Shown piece by piece: positions 61,301-64,000 of a stretch of 64,000 nt of DNA. The notes beneath the pieces are model-generated. The model was given only the letters and a program-made list of their open reading frames with translations, searched no databases and had not been told where the DNA came from. Made by a program: the position numbers and the translations under genes. The DNA is from Eledone cirrhosa (lineage: Eukaryota). Location: positions 11,842,001-11,906,000 of the forward strand of contig OZ024750.1 of NCBI GenBank assembly GCA_964016885.1, in the 5' to 3' direction. Within the stretch, counting starts at the first letter, position 1. The number at the start of each line of letters is the position of its first letter.

Positions 61301-62317
61301 ATATTTTTACTGGTGGACATAGTTGTTGTTGTTAGCCTCAGGTCAACCTTTTGGTAGACATAGTTGTTGTTGTTAGCCTCAGGTCAACCTTTTGGTAGAC
61401 ATAGTTGTTGTTGTTTAGCCTCAGGTCAACCTTTTGGTAGACATAGTTGTTGTTGTTTAGCCTCAGGTCAACCTTTTGGTAGACATAGTTGTTGTTGTTT
61501 AGCCTCAGGTCAACCTTTTGGTAGACATAGGTGTAGTTATTTAGCCTCAGGTCAACCTTATGGTAGACATAGATGTAATTATTTAGCCTCAGGTCAGCCT
61601 CAAGATAGACGTATGATAAATAAGTCATTCCAGTCATGAGATCCTGTCTTTTTTTCAAATCTAACACTTCATTATCCAGTGTGTCCTTCCTTTTTTAAGA
61701 CTGTAGTCTGTGATTGGAAGAAGATTCAGCTGCTGTTTCTTGCAAGTTGAGAAACAATGTAGAGGTTACATTGTTGTGGGGTGGGATATAATGTTGGAAC
61801 TGTTTTGCAGAATTTTAATCAGAGAGAATTATCACAAAGGCTGAAAGTAACTCTGGGAATTGTTGAATCTCTGACGAAGTTCTTTGAATGAACATCTTTT
61901 TTAAAAGAAGTTTAGTTGTTTAAATTTATTTAAACTGTATGTTTGAGTTCTCAGAAAAATGATAATCTCTAAATTCTAAATAGTATCGGTTGATATGATT
62001 TATTCTATAAAAACTAACGGTAAATAGAAAATTACTAAACTCGAGACCAGCAAATTAAAAAAACATACGAAACAAAAAACAAAACAGCATCTCCTTTATT
62101 TCCAAAGCTGCAACAAAGTGTTGGGTGTTATCTTGCCCACTTACTTCCACCACTCTAATAGGTCCATACCTATTGTACCATGTGCGGTGTCTTGTCTGTT
62201 CCTTCTCTCTAGTATCATCCATACGCTGAGCAGTTTCAACCTGTATGAAGATGCCCTTCAAGAACCAATTGATGAGTTCGATGCCTTATCCGATGCCATT
62301 TCAGATCCCACTACCCA
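11927..62317 (+). CDS. FRMD4A: FERM domain-containing protein 4 (FRMD4A/B-like), partial spliced gene; join(11927..12021,36248..36337,40416..40500,41309..41388,42841..42924,43471..43536,44090..44147,45064..45150,47310..47386,62213..62317)
   Basis: All exons have AG/GT boundaries with compatible phases. Manual splice gives [49 protein letters not shown]...[11 protein letters not shown]...[29 protein letters not shown]...[23 protein letters not shown]. This closely matches recalled human FRMD4A motifs ([53 protein letters not shown]). 5' and 3' ends are outside the window. Confidence 0.95.
12203..12425 (+). mobile_element. piggyBac-type MITE, family B
   Basis: TTAA on both sides; CCCTTT...AAAGGG termini; multiple copies in the window. 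Confidence 0.8.
12603..12790 (+). mobile_element. Type 1 SINE with internal deletion
   Basis: TTGGCAGTATCGGTAGAAC head; TTCAAATCC; GATAAAATAAAGTACCA; GGCCTTGTGCCTAAA tail. Confidence 0.75.
13284..13836. repeat. 37-bp minisatellite (TACATATATACAGGCTGGCTAGTGGTCAAGTGTTGAC), ~15 copies
   Basis: Near-perfect tandem array. Confidence 0.97.
14121..14434 (-). mobile_element. Composite type 2 SINE (tRNA head, Meta-like domain, RTE-like tail, (GAT)n end)
   Basis: Near reverse complement of 56636-57060, with internal deletions. Confidence 0.85.
15670..15777. repeat. Inverted repeat with 39-bp arms
   Basis: GGCTAAATAGTGAGGCTTGTTATTCTGGAGTTTTGCCTG / CAGGCACAACTCCAGAGTAACAAGACTCACTATTTAGCC (3 differences). 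Confidence 0.9.
16128..16255. mobile_element. hAT-type MITE
   Basis: Termini CAGACATAGGCAA / TTGCCCATGACTG; 8-bp flanks TTCTAAAC / TTCTAAAG (TSD with 1 mismatch). Confidence 0.75.
16645..17012. repeat. Degenerate ~30-33-bp tandem repeat (CAATATAGATATTGGTGGTGGTGTGTTGTCT)
   Basis: Imperfect tandem copies. Confidence 0.85.
17870..18820. repeat. C/T-rich 18-bp minisatellite (CTCTCCCCACACTCTCCC and variants)
   Basis: Tandem array with extreme strand skew; explains three overlapping minus-strand ORFs. Confidence 0.97.
19365..19537. mobile_element. Tc1/mariner-type MITE
   Basis: TA flanks; TIRs CTGGGGTACTGAAAAGTCCCTGGCTT / AAGCCAGGAACTTTTCAGCACTCCGG. Confidence 0.8.
19690..21370 (-). mobile_element. 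Two degraded RTE-type LINE fragments (~19690-20300 and ~20750-21370)
   Basis: Minus-strand [16 protein letters not shown]...[16 protein letters not shown]-like and [12 protein letters not shown] motifs; the same segment is present on + at ~28930-29295. Confidence 0.7.
24106..24382 (-). mobile_element. piggyBac-type MITE, family B (reverse)
   Basis: TTAA flanks; reverse complement of the 12203-12425 and 430-650 copies. Confidence 0.8.
24805..25038. repeat. 28-bp minisatellite (GAGGGTTTCTCAGAATGTAGTTAGTAGT), ~8 copies
   Basis: Tandem periodicity. Confidence 0.9.
26150..26340 (+). mobile_element. 5'-truncated type 2 (Meta-like) SINE
   Basis: TTCTTGAGCAAAACACTTCATTTCAC..GCTCCA..ACTCAGCTGAAAATGAGTACC; matches 43583-43856 reversed. 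Confidence 0.75.
28275..28662. repeat. (CAC/CAT)n trinucleotide microsatellite
   Basis: Low-complexity run; explains the poly-V/poly-T ORFs. Confidence 0.97.
28930..29295 (+). mobile_element. Degraded RTE-type LINE fragment
   Basis: [33 protein letters not shown]-like translation. Confidence 0.7.
29300..29460 (-). mobile_element. Type 1 SINE
   Basis: Reverse-strand head TTGGCAGAATC, B box and GCCTTTCAT core. Confidence 0.75.
30448..30647. mobile_element. mariner-type MITE (diverged)
   Basis: TA-CGAGGGTCG..GAAAAATGCATAGGCTGAC / GTCAGCCTATGAACTTTG..ACCCT inverted termini. Confidence 0.65.
32436..33008. repeat. 47-bp minisatellite (AAGTGGTAGGGCTGGTACCACGAGAAAAGCACCCAGCCTACCCTGTC), ~12 copies, SINE-derived
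   Basis: Tandem array that runs into a SINE tail (AAGGGCATCCAGCTGTAGAAA...(GAT)n) ending ~33156. Confidence 0.95.
36248..36337 (+). CDS. FRMD4A: FRMD4-like exon (F1), 90 nt
   Basis: tttcag|A...ATTAA|gtaagt; [29 protein letters not shown](K); phases 2-2. Confidence 0.95.
36710..37020 (-). mobile_element. Type 1 SINE plus a partial second copy
   Basis: AGGCACA...GTGCATTACTGGTAC...GATGAAAGGCAAAGTTAACCTC. Confidence 0.8.
37565..37945. repeat. (TA)n/(CA)n compound microsatellite
   Basis: Dinucleotide runs. Confidence 0.97.
38255..38582 (-). mobile_element. Two tandem type 1 SINEs (one truncated)
   Basis: Same core and head motifs as the other copies. Confidence 0.8.
38961..39698. repeat. 35-bp minisatellite (CAGCTGTAGAAGTGGATGAGGTTAGCAACGGTGTT), ~21 copies, SINE-tail-derived
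   Basis: Near-perfect tandem array followed by the rest of a SINE tail (CAAGCATGGAAAAAATGGAC). Confidence 0.96.
40416..40500 (+). CDS. FRMD4A: FRMD4-like exon (F1/F2), 85 nt
   Basis: ttctag|A...AAG|gtatgt; [28 protein letters not shown]; phases 2-0. Confidence 0.95.
41309..41388 (+). CDS. FRMD4A: FRMD4-like exon (F2), 80 nt
   Basis: ttccag|GGC...AC|gtaagc; [26 protein letters not shown](T); phases 0-2. Confidence 0.95.
41410..41584. repeat. 22-bp tandem repeat (TTATTGTCATTAAGTAAAGTAT), ~8 copies
   Basis: Tandem array ~20 nt downstream of an exon donor. Confidence 0.92.
42329..42485 (+). mobile_element. Type 1 tRNA-derived SINE
   Basis: TTGGCAG..GAATCGGTAGAGCG...GAGTTCAAATCC...CCTTACGGGGTTGATAAAATAAAATACCAG. 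Confidence 0.85.
42520..42770. repeat. 29-bp tandem repeat (ACTCCCACTATGATGGTAATAATAATAAT), ~8 copies
   Basis: Tandem periodicity. Confidence 0.9.
42841..42924 (+). CDS. FRMD4A: FRMD4-like exon (F2), 84 nt
   Basis: ctttag|G...TG|gtatgt; [27 protein letters not shown](C); phases 2-2. Confidence 0.95.
43471..43536 (+). CDS. FRMD4A: FRMD4-like exon (F2), 66 nt
   Basis: tttcag|T...AA|gtaagt; [21 protein letters not shown](N); phases 2-2. Confidence 0.95.
43583..43856 (-). mobile_element. Full-length type 2 SINE (tRNA head + Meta-like domain + alternative tail)
   Basis: Reverse strand: TGGCCTAGTGGTAAGG A box; GGTTTGATTCC B box; CTTGAGCAAAACACTT...CTCAGCTGAAAATGAGTACC; tail AACCCTGTGATAGACTGGCG...GACAGACTT. 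Confidence 0.85.
43870..44015 (+). mobile_element. Type 1 SINE
   Basis: Head, B box and GGGGTCGATAAA core. Confidence 0.75.
44090..44147 (+). CDS. FRMD4A: FRMD4-like exon (F2/F3), 58 nt
   Basis: ttccag|T...AAA|gtaagt; [19 protein letters not shown]; phases 2-0. Confidence 0.96.
45064..45150 (+). CDS. FRMD4A: FRMD4-like exon (F3), 87 nt
   Basis: ttccag|GAT...AAG|gtatgc; [29 protein letters not shown]; phases 0-0. Confidence 0.96.
45476..45683 (+). mobile_element. piggyBac-type MITE, family A (complete)
   Basis: TTAA TSD on both sides; 14-bp TIR CCCTTTAGCATTTA / TAAATGCTAAAGGG. Confidence 0.9.
46610..46946. repeat. 48-bp minisatellite (AAGGTACACCATATTTCTGTGGAATACTCAGCCACGAGAGGTGCATTA), ~7 copies
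   Basis: Tandem array; unit matches a dispersed repeat at ~38615-38700 and, reversed, at ~58680-58750. Confidence 0.93.
47310..47386 (+). CDS. FRMD4A: FRMD4-like exon (F3), 77 nt
   Basis: taacag|ATA...CG|gtaagt; [25 protein letters not shown](R); phases 0-2. Confidence 0.96.
48590..48722 (+). mobile_element. Type 1 SINE truncated by a tandem array
   Basis: GGTGGTGGATTGGCAGCATCGGTAGAGC...TTCAAATCCTGCCGAGG...CCTTACAGGG. Confidence 0.8.
48724..49457. repeat. 23-24-bp minisatellite (AAAAAAGTTGTACAGCTCTAGAT), ~32 copies
   Basis: Tandem periodicity. Confidence 0.97.
49800..50195 (-). mobile_element. Head-to-tail multimer of type 1 SINE (~200-bp unit)
   Basis: Near-identical repeated units joined by the same TTGATAATTAATTGT linker. 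Confidence 0.85.
50927..51146 (+). mobile_element. piggyBac-type MITE, family A
   Basis: TTAA-CCGTTTAGCATTTA...TAAATGGTAAAGGG-TTAA; similar to 45476-45683. Confidence 0.85.
52966..54770. repeat. 19-bp minisatellite, ~95 copies (ACCATATAGACATGTCCTT grading to ACTCTATAGCTGTGTCCTT)
   Basis: Tandem periodicity with blocks of variants. Confidence 0.98.
56636..57060 (+). mobile_element. Full-length composite type 2 SINE (tRNA head, Meta-like domain, internal ~50-bp duplication, RTE-like tail, (GAT)n)
   Basis: TGGCTTAGTGGTTAGAGC A box; GAGTTCAATTC B box; CCTTGAGCAAGACACTT...CTCAGCTGTAGAAATGAG; AGGAAGGGCATCCAGCTGTAGAA; ATATACATTATATATATA present on both flanks. Confidence 0.88.
57541..57712 (-). 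mobile_element. Type 1 SINE with ~19-bp target-site duplication
   Basis: Flanked by TATTTGGACCTTAAAATAA and TATTTGAACTTTAAAATAA. Confidence 0.75.
61313..61600. repeat. 41-42-bp minisatellite (GCCTCAGGTCAACCTTTTGGTAGACATAGTTGTTGTTGTTTA), ~6.5 copies
   Basis: Tandem array continuing into a dispersed repeat (61600-61780) also seen at ~11250-11420 and ~25395-25590. Confidence 0.92.
62213..62317 (+). CDS. FRMD4A: Putative in-frame (cassette) exon of the FRMD4-like gene, 105 nt, acidic insert in the F3 lobe
   Basis: ccttctctctag|T...CA|gtaagt; phase 2-2 matches the preceding exon; open frame [34 protein letters not shown](Q); non-repetitive and more GC-rich than the flanks. Confidence 0.75.
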
Positions 62318-63169
62318 GTAAGTATCTCATTTTCAAACTCCGCCAGACACCAGTGATGGACTTAACACTTTGGCGATCTAAGCACCCTTTTTATTTCTCA
62401 AGATATCATCACATTATTGATCTCTTCTATTTTTTTTTTTATTGCTTATTTTCTCACATTCATTATCTTTATTTATTTACTATTTTTTTTTTCGTTTTGC
62501 ACTCACAAATCTATGTGTTCAATCCCCTCTCTTGCACAAAATACAAACTGGGGGTAAGTATGCCATAATTCAAAGGAGTTGTTTATCTTATCTTAAGAAA
62601 ACCTCAGTGAACATTGGTTCATTGTAATACAGATTTTTGGAATATCAATTTGGTCTTAGATTTTCATTAGAAACTTTTGTTTTCCTCATGCAGGAGAAAT
62701 TCCTTGATTTCACAAGTACAGTGAGTATGACAAAACTTCTTGTCATGAAAATAAAAAAAAATTGTTTGACAATCCAGAATGTTTGGTTATGTTCTCAAAA
62801 GTTTACCATTTATTTCTACTAAGTACTAAATTTTGAAAATATCTTTTTTGGAGGATGTTTATCTTGCATGATTGAATTCTTTCTTTCTTATTAATTTCCT
62901 ACCTTGTCAGGTAGATCCACGTTATAATGATATATTTATATCATTTTTTTATTTTACGATAAATTCCGACCTCACACGCTTACACCTCTCCAAGACAATG
63001 TCACTGGACCGAGACCTTTGGCGGTACTCAGTAATAGAGAAGACCCGCCTTACCTAAATACAAAGTAAAAACCTACTACAGTCAGTAGGCATCTCTATCA
63101 AAACACCCCCCCCCCCCCTGTCCCACCACCTCCACCCCATCCACACCGCCCCTTTCAATGTACAGTTAT

Positions 63170-63447
63170 GTTGGTGCCACAACATCCAGCCCGAAACAAA
63201 CGAGGTCGTGTAGGTGTCACGACAAAAACACACAGTCCACGCTGTAATGTGGCCGTGTAGGTAACACGGTAAAAACCTCCCAGTTCCATACTGTAAACGT
63301 GGTTGGTGTTAGGAAGGGCATCCAGCTGTAGAAAACCCGCCAGACAGTCCTATGCGAGCAAGACAACCACTCTTGCCTCAAGTGGGAAAACCCCCGTCCA
63401 AACCCATGCAAGCGTGGAACACGGACGCTAAACCTGATGATGATGAT
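63170..63447 (+). mobile_element. 3' part of composite SINE with RTE-like tail
   Basis: About 3 degenerate internal subunits, then GGTGTTAGGAAGGGCATCCAGCTGTAGAAA...AACCCATGCAAGCGTGGAAC...(GAT)n. Confidence 0.8.
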
Positions 63448-63764
63448 ACCCAGTAAAATAGTTCTGGATGTCTTAACAGTCCACAGTCCACTACTCAGCT
63501 TTAGCATAACACTATACATTGTAAAGCGTTATTGTAATTATACATAACTCAAAGTAAAGAGCGTCAATGACTGAATAAGTTACAGAGCTGATCATTCATT
63601 AGTTTTATGCTTGTATATTAGTTACAAGGTGTTATCCTTGAACAAGCTGTTTTTATTTGCCCTGCAGTTGGGATCATATTTTCCTCCCAAGATTACATTA
63701 AGGATGGAAATATAGAAAAGAGTTTTGGTATGTGAACAATACTGAATATAACAGTTTATATATG

Positions 63765-64000
63765 ACTGCTTGTCTAGCTAGACTGATGCAGCACAACAAT
63801 ACTGCTTGTCTAGCTAGACTGATGCAGCACAACAATACTGCTTGTCTATCTAGACTGATGCAGCACAACAATACTGCTTGTTTATCTAGACTGATGCAGC
63901 ACAACAATACTGCTTGTCTAGCTAGACTGATGCAGCACAACAATACTGCTTGTCTAGCTAGACTGATGCAGCACAACAATACTGCTTGTCTATCTAGACT
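63765..64000. repeat. 36-bp minisatellite (TACTGCTTGTCTAGCTAGACTGATGCAGCACAACAA), runs off the window end
   Basis: Tandem periodicity. Confidence 0.95.

Noticed and set aside
62318-64000. Next conserved FRMD4 exon (expected SV.RRTFG...W-type peptide)
   Set aside because: Not found in the remaining sequence; presumably beyond the window end.

Overview
AT-rich, repeat-dense animal genomic DNA. The SINE/MITE/RTE repertoire is most consistent with an octopus-like cephalopod; this is an inference from recalled repeat families, not a database result. The window is almost entirely intronic and lies inside one + strand spliced gene, an FRMD4A/B-like FERM-domain protein. Nine GT-AG exons (11927-47386) splice in frame into most of the FERM domain. 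A tenth, symmetric 105-nt acidic exon (62213-62317) has no counterpart in vertebrate FRMD4A as I recall it and would insert 35 aa into the F3 lobe. The gene's start and end lie outside the window. Introns contain tRNA-derived SINEs of at least two types, RTE and CRE-like LINE relics, piggyBac-, mariner- and hAT-type MITEs, fold-back palindromes and about 20 tandem repeats. Several minisatellites are visibly amplified pieces of the local SINEs or dispersed repeats. Almost all ORFs in the supplied track are repeat artefacts. No prokaryotic-type system (CRISPR, operon) is present.
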